Shown piece after piece: positions 50,256-59,619 of a stretch of 64,000 nucleotides of DNA. The stretch is from sequence record MW373745.1. The stretch is one strand, 5' to 3'. Each line of letters begins with the position of its first letter. The stretch's first letter is position 1. The translations under genes and the position numbers were made by a program. The notes beneath the pieces were generated by a model. That model was not told the origin of the DNA and made no database searches. It saw only the letters and a program-made list of their open reading frames with translations.

Positions 50256-50919
50256 TAAACTAAATAAAATTGGAATAATTTTGATTATTATTTTATCAGT
50301 TGTTTATTTTATGCTTGATATTAATAATACAAAAGTTAAAAATTTAGAATTTAAAATTCAAGATCTCCAAACAGAACTTAATAAAACCAAAAAAGAATTA
50401 AATGATACCAAAATTAATTTAAATCATTTAAGTTCTAAAGTTCAAGATTTAAAAATATCTTTAATGAAAGATATGTCGTCAATGTATCACTTAAGTGATA
50501 AACAACAATCTCTAATACTTGATGAAATATGGAAACAATCTAAAAAATACAAAATAAATCCAGCATTCTTATACGCAATACTGTGGAAAGAATCAAGATT
50601 TAGAAACGACGTTATCCATAAACCTACTTATGTTAGAACACTTAAAAAAGAAATACAAGCCCAAGGTATGGGTGCTATTGTTTGGGATTTCTGGGGAGAT
50701 AAACTCAAATCTAATACAAGTTTAAAATCTAAAAAAGATCTTAAAAATTGGAAAAAGAATATAGAAGGAACTGCATATATACTTAGTTATTTGAAATCTT
50801 TACCAAAGGTATCTAATACAAAAAATAAGTATGAATCAGCGGCTTCAAGATACTATGGAAAATACCAAGCAAATTACGTGAATAAAACAATGTCAAAATT
50901 TAATGAACTAAACTCTTAA
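50245..50919 (+). CDS. Membrane-anchored lytic transglycosylase (SLT-like)
   Basis: N-terminal TM and coiled coil; AILWKESRF catalytic Glu motif, GMG, NI..TAY.L, Y..K. Confidence 0.65.
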   Translation: MNYDKLNKIGIILIIILSVVYFMLDINNTKVKNLEFKIQDLQTELNKTKKELNDTKINLNHLSSKVQDLKISLMKDMSSMYHLSDKQQSLILDEIWKQSKKYKINPAFLYAILWKESRFRNDVIHKPTYVRTLKKEIQAQGMGAIVWDFWGDKLKSNTSLKSKKDLKNWKKNIEGTAYILSYLKSLPKVSNTKNKYESAASRYYGKYQANYVNKTMSKFNELNS

Positions 50920-51038
50920 TGCTGAAATTAAAGTGGGTTTAAATAACGATTTTGAACCGATATGATTGTCTAATAATTAAGTACATTTTAAGTGCTAATA
51001 TGTTATAATATTGTTAGATTTCAATAGAAAGGAGAACT

Positions 51039-51350
51039 ATGAATGAATTAAGTTTTGTACCAAAATCAGAAATTCTTAATAAATCACAAGAAACTTGTAT
51101 TAAAGAATGCCAAGATATTGTATTTCAAGAAACAAAAGAAGTTTCTAAAGACCTCATATTAGATACATTATTAGGTATGATAGATTCTGTCAAGATTTCA
51201 GATTCTGCAGTTCATATAAAATTCAATAAATCTTTAATCATACAAAGTGAAAACATTGTTTTAGGTGCGGATAATTTAAATATACAACTTGCAGGAAACC
51301 GAGTAGAATTACAACCAAGAATCAAACAAAATCCAAAGGAGATTAAATGA
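51039..51350 (+). CDS. Hypothetical protein
   Basis: AAGGAG RBS. Confidence 0.6.
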   Translation: MNELSFVPKSEILNKSQETCIKECQDIVFQETKEVSKDLILDTLLGMIDSVKISDSAVHIKFNKSLIIQSENIVLGADNLNIQLAGNRVELQPRIKQNPKEIK

Positions 51351-52039
51351 TCACAAAAGATTTCATTAAAGAACTTTCAAAAATGTCGAGTATAACTGAT
51401 AAAGTTATTCTTAAGTATCCAATAACAACATTAAATTCTGAAGCTATAGATATGCTTGTAAATATAGATGCGTCTAAATTAGGATGCCAAGAATTCCCAG
51501 ATACTGGTATATATGAATTAAATAAGTTTGTTCATATGTTCGCATTATTTGATAATCCAGAAATTACAAGAACAAACAATGCAATAGAATTTGAAACACC
51601 GGGTACAAAAAGTGTTTATACAATTTCAGATTTGTCTGTAATGGAAAACTTTGATCAAAAAGCTTCAATTATTGAAAGTTTAGATAATTTTCCAGAAGTT
51701 GCCAGAGTTGACATTAGTATTGAAGTCATAAAACAAATTAAACAAGCTTCAAGTATTTACAACGAATTAAATGTTTTAAGTATAGAAGGTAAATCAAATG
51801 ATTTATATTTGTATTTAGATGCACATAATAGATTTAATTCTTCTAATAATACATTTAGCAAAGAGTTTTTAAATCATTCAACTATGGATTTTAAACTGAA
51901 AATCAATATTGAAAATTTTGTTAAACTGCCGGTAACAAATTATACTTTAAAGATTAAATATAATGAGAGTAAAAACGCATTTAGAATTCTCTTTGAATCT
52001 GAGTTTTCTAAGATTTTGATCTCAAAAATTGCAGATTAA
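51347..52039 (+). CDS. Sliding clamp, T4 gp45-like
   Basis: Size (~230 aa) and residue pattern of gp45; replication context. Confidence 0.7.
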   Translation: MITKDFIKELSKMSSITDKVILKYPITTLNSEAIDMLVNIDASKLGCQEFPDTGIYELNKFVHMFALFDNPEITRTNNAIEFETPGTKSVYTISDLSVMENFDQKASIIESLDNFPEVARVDISIEVIKQIKQASSIYNELNVLSIEGKSNDLYLYLDAHNRFNSSNNTFSKEFLNHSTMDFKLKINIENFVKLPVTNYTLKIKYNESKNAFRILFESEFSKILISKIAD

Positions 52040-52063
52040 AGATTTTACACCAAGGAACAATAA

Positions 52064-52495
52064 ATGGATAATTTAAAACAACTTTCAGCTACGTGTATGC
52101 AAATCTTTATTAAATTAAATGGAATGCATTACTTAGCCAAAGGCAATCAATTTCACAGACTTCACGAAATAACACAAGAATATTATGAATTTTTTCAAGA
52201 GTCGTTTGATACATTCAATGAAAGATTGGTTCAATTGAGTTTAACACCCTGTGTTAATATACAAGAAATCCACGATCTGAAAAATCCATATATTTTAGAT
52301 CTACAAGCTACAAAACTTGATTTGGATACCATAGCTAGCACATTAATAAATGATTTTAAATTAGTTGACAATTCAGTAGCAGTTCTTATTCAAGAAGCTA
52401 TTAAAATTGAAGATACTGTTACAGAAGACATCTTAAGAACATTTAGAATTCGTCTCCAAAAATATATTTGGATGCTCGAATCTATGCAAAGTTAA
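52064..52495 (+). CDS. Dps/ferritin-like protein
   Basis: H...KG.QF..LHE...E.Y, D..NER and KYIWML Dps signature. Confidence 0.8.
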   Translation: MDNLKQLSATCMQIFIKLNGMHYLAKGNQFHRLHEITQEYYEFFQESFDTFNERLVQLSLTPCVNIQEIHDLKNPYILDLQATKLDLDTIASTLINDFKLVDNSVAVLIQEAIKIEDTVTEDILRTFRIRLQKYIWMLESMQS

Positions 52496-52504
52496 GGAGG
52501 TATA

Positions 52505-53284
52505 ATGTTAAAAGAAGATAAATTTATTTGGAGTTTATTTCAGAAAAAATTTCCAGAAGTTTCAAGAGAAGCTTATGAAGATTTTGTAGAAGAATATTTA
52601 AATATCAAACCATTTAAAGCTAGTGAAAATATATTTGAAACCAATCAAAGTATTTCAAACGAAGCTCATTTTATTATGAGAGCATTAGCTACTAAAAAAT
52701 TACAAGAAGTTTTTGAAATACTTAAAATTGATTTAGAAGACCCAAATGTTAAAGCAGATTTTGAAAATGGTAATTTAGGAACACCAGGCAGAGTCATTAA
52801 GCTAATGGCTGGTGCCAACACTGATGATGATACTGAGTGTGGCTCTGGTAGATTTATGAAACCTGTTAGAATAGCAACTTTTCCAAATAAAGACGCAGCT
52901 AAGATTCCAATTACTAAAAGGATTAACATAGCAAGCAATTGTAGTCATCATTTATTACCATTTAATACAGATTTTGCGGAAGATTCCTATGCAATAGTTA
53001 GTTATATACCTAAAGATTATGTTCTGGGTATTTCTAAGTTACAAAGATTAGCAGATTTCGTCTCGAGGCGTTATTGGTTGCAAGAAGATTTGACTAAAGA
53101 AATCTACAATAAAATTAAAGAAGCAGCACAAACTGAAGATGTTTATGTTAAGTTATGTAATATTAAACATACTTGTGAATGGATTAGAGGTGCAAGAAAC
53201 ACTGAGGGGGGATTTACTTCAGAATTCTACGGGGGTGCTTTTGGTGATCCTGAATTAAGAAAACAGGTTCAAATCCGAGTTTAA
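52505..53284 (+). CDS. folE: GTP cyclohydrolase I
   Basis: TP.RV, SNCSHHLLPF, GISKLQRL, LQEDLT, HTCEWIRG. Confidence 0.9.
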   Translation: MLKEDKFIWSLFQKKFPEVSREAYEDFVEEYLNIKPFKASENIFETNQSISNEAHFIMRALATKKLQEVFEILKIDLEDPNVKADFENGNLGTPGRVIKLMAGANTDDDTECGSGRFMKPVRIATFPNKDAAKIPITKRINIASNCSHHLLPFNTDFAEDSYAIVSYIPKDYVLGISKLQRLADFVSRRYWLQEDLTKEIYNKIKEAAQTEDVYVKLCNIKHTCEWIRGARNTEGGFTSEFYGGAFGDPELRKQVQIRV

Positions 53285-53291
53285 TGTTAAT

Positions 53292-53325
53292 ACACTATAG
53301 ATCTTAGCATTTAACACTTTAGTGT
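53292..53325. promoter_or_regulatory. One half-site and one full ACACTTTAGTGT palindrome upstream of the helicase
   Basis: acactatag at 53292; full palindrome at 53314-53325. Confidence 0.5.
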
Positions 53326-53439
53326 AATTTGCTAGATCTTTAGTAAAAAATTTAATTAAATTTTAATCGTTCTTTATATATAATATCATATTAAAAATTT
53401 AAATTTAAATTTTAAAAGTCTAAATCAAAGGAGTTTAAT

Positions 53440-54789
53440 TTGGATAATTTTGAATCGGTTCTTCTAAAAAATATTATAGAATCTAAAGATTTTTTTAATA
53501 AAGTAAGGCCAATCTTAAAACCTAGTATTTTCACAGATTTTGGTAACCAAAAAATCTATGAATTAATAGATAATTTTTATTCTAATTATAATACAACTCC
53601 TAGCATTCAAGAAATAGCACTTCAAATTAAAGATATTCCCAATAAAGAAGCAAGAACCCAGATTGCTACTAAACTTAATGATGCTAGAAACTCAGAAAAT
53701 ATCAATAAAGAATTCTTAGATGATTTAACTGTTAAATTCATTAAGGACCAAATGTTCACAAAAGCATTAATGTTAGGTGCTGAGTTCATTGATAAAAAAG
53801 ATGAAACTTATAAACAAAAAGCCAAAGATCTTATAGATGCTTCACAACTTGTGAATATTCATAAAGATCTTGGTAATGAATATAATAATATAGAAGAACG
53901 CATTGATTATTATCAAAATCCAAGAAAAGGTATCAAATATTTAAGATTCAATACTTTAAATGAGTATATCGGAGAAGGCTTTCTTAACGGAACTTTGAAT
54001 ATTTTTATGGCTCCTGCAGGTATTGGTAAAAGTTTATTAATGAGTACCAGCATTGGTGATTTTCTTAAACAAGGTTTAAATGTATTATTAGTCAGCTTAG
54101 AATTATCTAATTTTGAGTTCTTAAAAAGAATAGATGCTGACTTATTAGATATACAAATTAATGCTTTAAAAGACGTAGACCCTAGTGTTATCAGAACTAA
54201 GTTTGAAGAACTAAAAAGATCTGGTATTGGTAGCTTATATGTTCAAAACTTCCCAGCTGGTTCTTTTAGTTCAAATGATTTAAAATCTTTATTAGAAATG
54301 TATAAAGCTAATAATATAAAATTCGATGCAATATTCTTGGATTACTTAGGCTTGATGAAATCTGATAGAGTTTCTGCAAGTGCAGGTTTATATAGTTATA
54401 TTAAGGCCATTGGTGAAGAAGTTCGTGCTATTGCAGTCACAGAAAATATTCCGATATTTTCTTGTTCTCAATTAAATAGATCAGCTGTAAATAATACAGA
54501 TTCTAACAATGAAGCTATTTCAGATTCTATGGGTACTGCTATGACTGCTGATTGGATTTGTTTCTTATTACAAACTGAAGATCTTAAAAAGAAAAATACT
54601 ATTAGATTTAAAATAACTAAGAATCGTTATAATGGTAGAACTTCAAGTTTTGATATGCATATTAATTATAATAATATGCGTATAGAAGATATAGTTTCAA
54701 ATGATATACAAATGTTAAGTAATGCTGATATTAAAAACGTTCCACAATTAGAAATACAAAAACCTAAAACTGATTGGAACTTTAATTAG
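53440..54789 (+). CDS. Replicative DNA helicase, T4 gp41/DnaB-like
   Basis: APAGIGKS, VSLEL, FLDYLGLM, SQLNR, S.G..MTAD, KNRY. Confidence 0.9.
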   Translation: MDNFESVLLKNIIESKDFFNKVRPILKPSIFTDFGNQKIYELIDNFYSNYNTTPSIQEIALQIKDIPNKEARTQIATKLNDARNSENINKEFLDDLTVKFIKDQMFTKALMLGAEFIDKKDETYKQKAKDLIDASQLVNIHKDLGNEYNNIEERIDYYQNPRKGIKYLRFNTLNEYIGEGFLNGTLNIFMAPAGIGKSLLMSTSIGDFLKQGLNVLLVSLELSNFEFLKRIDADLLDIQINALKDVDPSVIRTKFEELKRSGIGSLYVQNFPAGSFSSNDLKSLLEMYKANNIKFDAIFLDYLGLMKSDRVSASAGLYSYIKAIGEEVRAIAVTENIPIFSCSQLNRSAVNNTDSNNEAISDSMGTAMTADWICFLLQTEDLKKKNTIRFKITKNRYNGRTSSFDMHINYNNMRIEDIVSNDIQMLSNADIKNVPQLEIQKPKTDWNFN

Positions 54790-54803
54790 TCTCATAAAGA
54801 TTG

Positions 54804-54815
54804 ACACTATAGTGT
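54804..54815. promoter_or_regulatory. Palindrome ACACTATAGTGT upstream of the tRNA region
   Basis: Exact family member. Confidence 0.5.
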
Positions 54816-55001
54816 TAAATGTTTTAAATTTAATTAAACTTTAAGTTTATATATTATATAATTATATTGTTTAAAAAGTTTTTTTTTAAACGGTTAGATT
54901 CTAATCAGGATTTTCAAACTGTTAATGTAAAAGTTGCAGTTTGAATCCTTTTTAAATTAATTAAACTTTAATTATAAATATGATTGAAAATTTATAATTT
55001 T

Positions 55002-55079
55002 CGGGGTGTAGCGCAGTCTGGTTAGCGCACTTGGTTTGGGACCAAGGGGCCGAAGGTTCGAATCCTTTCACCCCGACCA
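55002..55079 (+). tRNA. tRNA-Pro (UGG)
   Basis: cggggtg/caccccg acceptor stem, cttgg-tttggga-ccaag anticodon arm, ggttcgaatcc T arm, encoded CCA. Confidence 0.95.
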
Positions 55080-55090
55080 TTCTAACATTA

Positions 55091-55129
55091 GTAAGCATTC
55101 GGGTAATTGGTAACCCACTAGACTGTAAA
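55091..55129 (+). pseudogene. 5' half of tRNA-Tyr (GUA), broken at the anticodon loop
   Basis: gtaagca acceptor strand, gggtaattggtaaccc D arm, ctaga-ctgtaaa; no matching 3' half seen. Confidence 0.7.
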
Positions 55130-55315
55130 CACATTTAAGATTTCAGTAGAAGTTTTAAATGTGTTTATGATGTCAGCGTTATATTATATAACTAAAACTG
55201 ATGATTGTAAACACAATTAAAAATCATTTGTAAGTTTTACCCATGTTTATTAAATTGTGATACTATATGTTTATATAACCAATAAATATATTTAAATATA
55301 TTTTGGAGGATTAAA

Positions 55316-55720
55316 ATGACATTTAAAGATTATTTAAACAATATTGCTTTAAATGAAGCGTTGAAAACGGATGTGTCTGCTATAGAGGAACTCAGAAATA
55401 GATATCAAGAAGTAGCCAAAAAAAAGATGGAATTGCAAGCCGAAATAAGTAAACTAGAAGCTGCACAGACTACAGCTTACTTTAAACTAGGTGGCTTAGC
55501 TGCACAGATTGCACCCGATAACGTTGATAATGAAAAACTCAACAAAGGTTTAGAACAATACGACAGTGAAATTGAGAATATTGAGAAAAAGTTAGAACCT
55601 CTTTATAAAAAACGAGAATCTTTACTAGACGAGCTTAAAAAAATAAGCAGAGTTGCTAATAACTTAGTAACAAGAAATGCAAAAAAAAGCTGGTGTAAGC
55701 CCTTTGAATTATGTTTTTAA
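55316..55720 (+). CDS. Hypothetical coiled-coil protein
   Basis: GGAGG RBS; MTFKDYL..LNEA leader. Confidence 0.7.
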   Translation: MTFKDYLNNIALNEALKTDVSAIEELRNRYQEVAKKKMELQAEISKLEAAQTTAYFKLGGLAAQIAPDNVDNEKLNKGLEQYDSEIENIEKKLEPLYKKRESLLDELKKISRVANNLVTRNAKKSWCKPFELCF

Positions 55721-55794
55721 ACATAATTTATCATTTTAATAAAGTTAAAGAGTCATCGTATAGAATTAAACTCTATACAATGACTGAATATAAT

Positions 55795-55870
55795 GCCTGA
55801 TTAGCTCAACTGGTAGAGCATTCGCCTTGTAAGCGAAAGGTTGAGAGTTCGAGTCTCTCATTAGGCTCCA
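55795..55870 (+). tRNA. tRNA-Thr (UGU)
   Basis: gcctgat/attaggc acceptor stem, ttcgc-cttgtaa-gcgaa anticodon arm, gagagttcgagtctctc T arm, CCA. Confidence 0.95.
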
Positions 55871-55879
55871 TTGTCCTTT

Positions 55880-56032
55880 ATGTGGGAATTAATCTACGTT
55901 TAAGGGAATTGATAGTTAAGGTAACGGTAAATATGATCGTTGTGGTATTACAGACCTAAGAGCTTCCTTGTAGCTCAAACCTTATAAGTAGACATAAACC
56001 TTATAAGACGTATAGCTTTATATGACCCACAT
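55880..56032 (+). ncRNA. Candidate structured RNA after tRNA-Thr
   Basis: Closing stem atgtggg/cccacat, internal gagct/agctc hairpin, duplicated aaaccttataag. Confidence 0.3.
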
Positions 56033-56048
56033 TTACTAATAAACTTAA

Positions 56049-56729
56049 TTATTCCCATTTAATTTTATCGACAGATTTAACAGTTTCAGATGAATTAATT
56101 TTTTCTTTTAATGTATTCGCTTTAAATATTACTTCCTGAGTATATTCGGTTACTTTTGAAACAAATGTTAAAAATTCTTGAGGTGTAAAATTAACCTTTT
56201 CATCATTCAAGTCAATCCAAGTAATCTCAGTTATTGAATTAGTACCACTTTGTATATCTAACAATATATTAGCGGCCATTCCGTTAATATTAAGTTTATC
56301 CTTTTCCCTAGTTTGGAATGTATGGTCTTTGAATACAAAACCAGATTCTAAAGCTACGTCCCTTTTTGTTTGTATTTCAAACTTCTTCTTTTCTTTAATT
56401 ATATTAAGTTTTTCAGATTCACTTGCAGTATTTAGTACATATTCATAATACAAATCCATAAGATTATTAGCTAAGCAGTATTCTTTGACTGCTTGTGTAC
56501 CCGCTTGAATTTCTTCAGGTGTAATGTCATCTATATGCTTTATGATATACTTATCAGATAAACTTGTATCCGTGGTTAAAGGTCTGTTTAATACACACAA
56601 TTCAGTATTAGCTTCAATAGCCCATTTAATTACATCTGAATTTAATACACCTTGGTCACTTAAAGTTTTTTTTGCTACTATCATTTTTACTCCTATATAT
56701 TTGTTGAAATGTAACCTGATGTTGTCCAT
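56049..56729 (-). CDS. Tail fibre assembly/chaperone protein (DUF4376-like)
   Basis: FQTRE.D..NI, W.D.....FT..EF pattern; follows a fibre gene. Confidence 0.65.
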   Translation of the reverse strand: MDNIRLHFNKYIGVKMIVAKKTLSDQGVLNSDVIKWAIEANTELCVLNRPLTTDTSLSDKYIIKHIDDITPEEIQAGTQAVKEYCLANNLMDLYYEYVLNTASESEKLNIIKEKKKFEIQTKRDVALESGFVFKDHTFQTREKDKLNINGMAANILLDIQSGTNSITEITWIDLNDEKVNFTPQEFLTFVSKVTEYTQEVIFKANTLKEKINSSETVKSVDKIKWE

Positions 56730-58504
56730 TGCCCAGGTGTTTGTGAAAATTTAGTTCCAATATTTCCAGTCATAGCAATGCTAGGATTATTTATTACGCC
56801 TCCACCAACTACCTGTAACCCAACTTTATAATTACCGCTTATATCTATACCTGTATGCCACCATACTGAACTTATCTTTGAATTAGTCGCTGCGCTAATA
56901 GCTACTAGTTTTTCAGGATTATTTGATAAAAATTTAACATTAGCACCTATTTGAAGATTGGCATTTAATACTGATAAATCATAGCATTCTTCAGCTCCTT
57001 GATAATTATTTTGAATATTAATGTTACTCACTTCTATATTTCCTGAGGAAGCTATCACTAAATTAGTGAGTGACATTCCTATTAAATCAACATTATATAT
57101 ACTTCCATTTGTACCAGTAGATATGTATATTGATGAGCAATTGTTAGAAGATGCTCTTATTGTAATATCGTGTATATGAACCTCGCACATCACGATATAT
57201 AACCCAAATTGCGCCCAAGCTGTATTATTTAAATCTATTATAAGTTCATCACTTCTTCCATTTTCACCAACTATATTGACGCCTAAAGGTAAGTTATAAA
57301 ATGTAGTAGGTTTAGTAATAGTATATCCATTCTTTATTTTTAATGTTATATCATATATAGACTTACCATATTTATATATTTCATTAATTGCATCATCTAT
57401 ATTTTCAAAATTACCTCCCTCTCCGACAGTCCATTCTAATTTTTGTGTTAATAATGTAGAGTATCTGTTATCCGCTTGTGTCAACACATCTTGCAATTTA
57501 GTATCGATTTCAGATTTATCATAAACAGATTCGGCACTTGCTTTAAGTTCCATAAAAGAATCTATAGTAGATTTATTATAATATGAATTAAATTTAGTAT
57601 TAATTTCAGATTTATTATAAACATTACTTGTGTTGGCTTTAGTATCTAATTTAGAATCTACTTCAGATTTATTATAATAATTAGATAAATCTACACTTAG
57701 AACTGCATTTTTCCATTTTTTAGTATTTGAATCATATTGTAAAATATGATTGTTTGTCGGGTCAACAATACTTGCATCAATTAAGTTAGCAATACTTGTT
57801 TTATGTGGGTTATTAAAGTCTGTCTTATGAGTATTAATTAAATCTACATTAAAATTCTTTTTGGCGTAAGCTAAATTAATAGCGTGCCAATCACTTGTTG
57901 GGTCTGCAACATTAAATACTTGCGTTTCAGAACCACCCAGATTTGCTTTTGTATTTAAATTATTATTGATGCTAAGAATGTTATTTTCTATATTTTTTTT
58001 AAATTGGGTATACTCACTATACCTAGTATCTTCTAATTCTTTATTTGCAGCAATGGTATTTTCAGCAGTTGTCACTCTTCTTTCTAATTTATAATGTTTA
58101 TCTTCTATATCTTTTTCATTAGTACCTACTGTAGTTTCTAATTTGGTAAGCCTAGAATCATTAGCTTCCTTATAAGTTTCAAAAATTATTTTTCGAAGGA
58201 AATTATCTTCTATATATTTAGAACTGTATAATAAATCTTTTGAAGCTTCTTCTGGATTTTCAGTTGTATGTCTAAAAATTGCTTGAAGATCTATTAATTC
58301 ATCTGATGCTTCCATAGTCTCCTTAGTTTCAGAATCCATACAAATCCAATATTTACCATTAACTATATCGTGAATATTAGCGATATAACTAATACTAGGA
58401 TTTGATTCTTTGCTTATTTTATTAAGTTCTGTTAGAACTTTTTCTTTTAACTGTTCTTTTGTGAGATTTTCTGATATTAAAACATCAACTTTTTTAAATT
58501 GCAT
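56693..58504 (-). CDS. Tail fibre/receptor-binding protein
   Basis: Four YNKSE.D.K repeats; VG.GG.F.NIDDAI followed by a beta-helix-like C-terminus. Confidence 0.7.
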   Translation of the reverse strand: MQFKKVDVLISENLTKEQLKEKVLTELNKISKESNPSISYIANIHDIVNGKYWICMDSETKETMEASDELIDLQAIFRHTTENPEEASKDLLYSSKYIEDNFLRKIIFETYKEANDSRLTKLETTVGTNEKDIEDKHYKLERRVTTAENTIAANKELEDTRYSEYTQFKKNIENNILSINNNLNTKANLGGSETQVFNVADPTSDWHAINLAYAKKNFNVDLINTHKTDFNNPHKTSIANLIDASIVDPTNNHILQYDSNTKKWKNAVLSVDLSNYYNKSEVDSKLDTKANTSNVYNKSEINTKFNSYYNKSTIDSFMELKASAESVYDKSEIDTKLQDVLTQADNRYSTLLTQKLEWTVGEGGNFENIDDAINEIYKYGKSIYDITLKIKNGYTITKPTTFYNLPLGVNIVGENGRSDELIIDLNNTAWAQFGLYIVMCEVHIHDITIRASSNNCSSIYISTGTNGSIYNVDLIGMSLTNLVIASSGNIEVSNINIQNNYQGAEECYDLSVLNANLQIGANVKFLSNNPEKLVAISAATNSKISSVWWHTGIDISGNYKVGLQVVGGGVINNPSIAMTGNIGTKFSQTPGQWTTSGYISTNI

Positions 58505-58513
58505 TTTTCACCT

Positions 58514-58777
58514 TTAAACTAAAGATTTTATAAGTCTATCTATTCTTTTATCCTGAACGATATTATTACTAGTATTATTTATGATCTTACCATCAGAGTT
58601 TATTAAAATAACTCTACCTTGATCTACGTCTGTTACTCTAACATATACTGGTGCACCATCATTTTTAGCAACTAATCCCTGCATTTCATCAACAGCTTCT
58701 TTTGTAATTTGACTTAATGTTTTAGTTGTTTCGTATACGAAATCTATTATTTTTATTTTAGATGCTTCTAATGCCAT
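58514..58777 (-). CDS. Hypothetical protein
   Basis: AAGGA RBS; late-type promoter. Confidence 0.6.
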   Translation of the reverse strand: MALEASKIKIIDFVYETTKTLSQITKEAVDEMQGLVAKNDGAPVYVRVTDVDQGRVILINSDGKIINNTSNNIVQDKRIDRLIKSLV

Positions 58778-58798
58778 TTAATTTTCCTTGTATATTTT

Positions 58799-59488
58799 TT
58801 ACCATTTAGATACTAAATTTTCAAAAGTATCTTGAACTGCATTCTGCGCTGCGCTTAATCCATTTTTTAACATATTACTAAAATATGAACTTGCTTTAGA
58901 TTGTACACTATCATTCCCGGTTGTGTTGGAAGTGCTTGCTAATTGAATATTTTTAATATCTGTATTATCGTGATTTGGTTGGTTCATTTTAAAACTAACA
59001 TTGAATTCTATAATTTCATTGTTATCTTGAGATAATTGTATTTGTGAAACATCTGTCAACAATGCATCCTGCGTCTCCATTACTAAGATGTTTTTAGAAC
59101 CATTGCTTAAATAAACCTGAATTAGCCAAGCACAGACATCATTGTAGTTACCTTTTGAAATTTGAAAAGCATTGACAAATCTACGATACATACTAGCATT
59201 ATCAAAATCTCTGAAGGTCATATCCACTTGGTATACTGGGTCTGCACCACGTGCTAAAACCCAAGTCCCTCCAATTAATAATTCTTCAAATCTACCGGTA
59301 TATTGTGGCAAATTAATACTTTTTAAACAAATATCTATACTATTTTGTGTTTCGGTAGGGTTTCCCCAGTTTATAAGATTTTGGAAAGTAGCATTAATAG
59401 GTTTCATAATAACTATAAAATCAGAGGTTTTACTCCATTTGATAGTATTAATAACACTAGCAAGTTTATTTAAGGTAACAGTTGCCAT
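58799..59488 (-). CDS. Second tail-tube-like protein (gp19/gp54/gp48-type)
   Basis: LKSINLPQY, V.MTFRD, VSQIQLS...IIEFNVSF; AATAAATA promoter. Confidence 0.55.
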   Translation of the reverse strand: MATVTLNKLASVINTIKWSKTSDFIVIMKPINATFQNLINWGNPTETQNSIDICLKSINLPQYTGRFEELLIGGTWVLARGADPVYQVDMTFRDFDNASMYRRFVNAFQISKGNYNDVCAWLIQVYLSNGSKNILVMETQDALLTDVSQIQLSQDNNEIIEFNVSFKMNQPNHDNTDIKNIQLASTSNTTGNDSVQSKASSYFSNMLKNGLSAAQNAVQDTFENLVSKW

Positions 59489-59619
59489 TTATCCTACTTT
59501 TTTGTATATTTATTTTCGATTTTTGGAGCTAACATTTGTCGTTTAAAGGCCATAATTTAAGCTTCTTTTAAGCGGTGTTTAGTTATAATAACTTCAATTA
59601 AAAAGTTAAGGAAATTAAA

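Noticed and set aside
3508-59546. Numerous 60-125-aa ORFs antisense to or nested in well-supported genes (for example 3508, 3715, 9182, 11742, 13572, 13888, 27835, 41189, 42741, 52666, 59172)
   Set aside because: Shadow frames without an RBS or recognisable motifs
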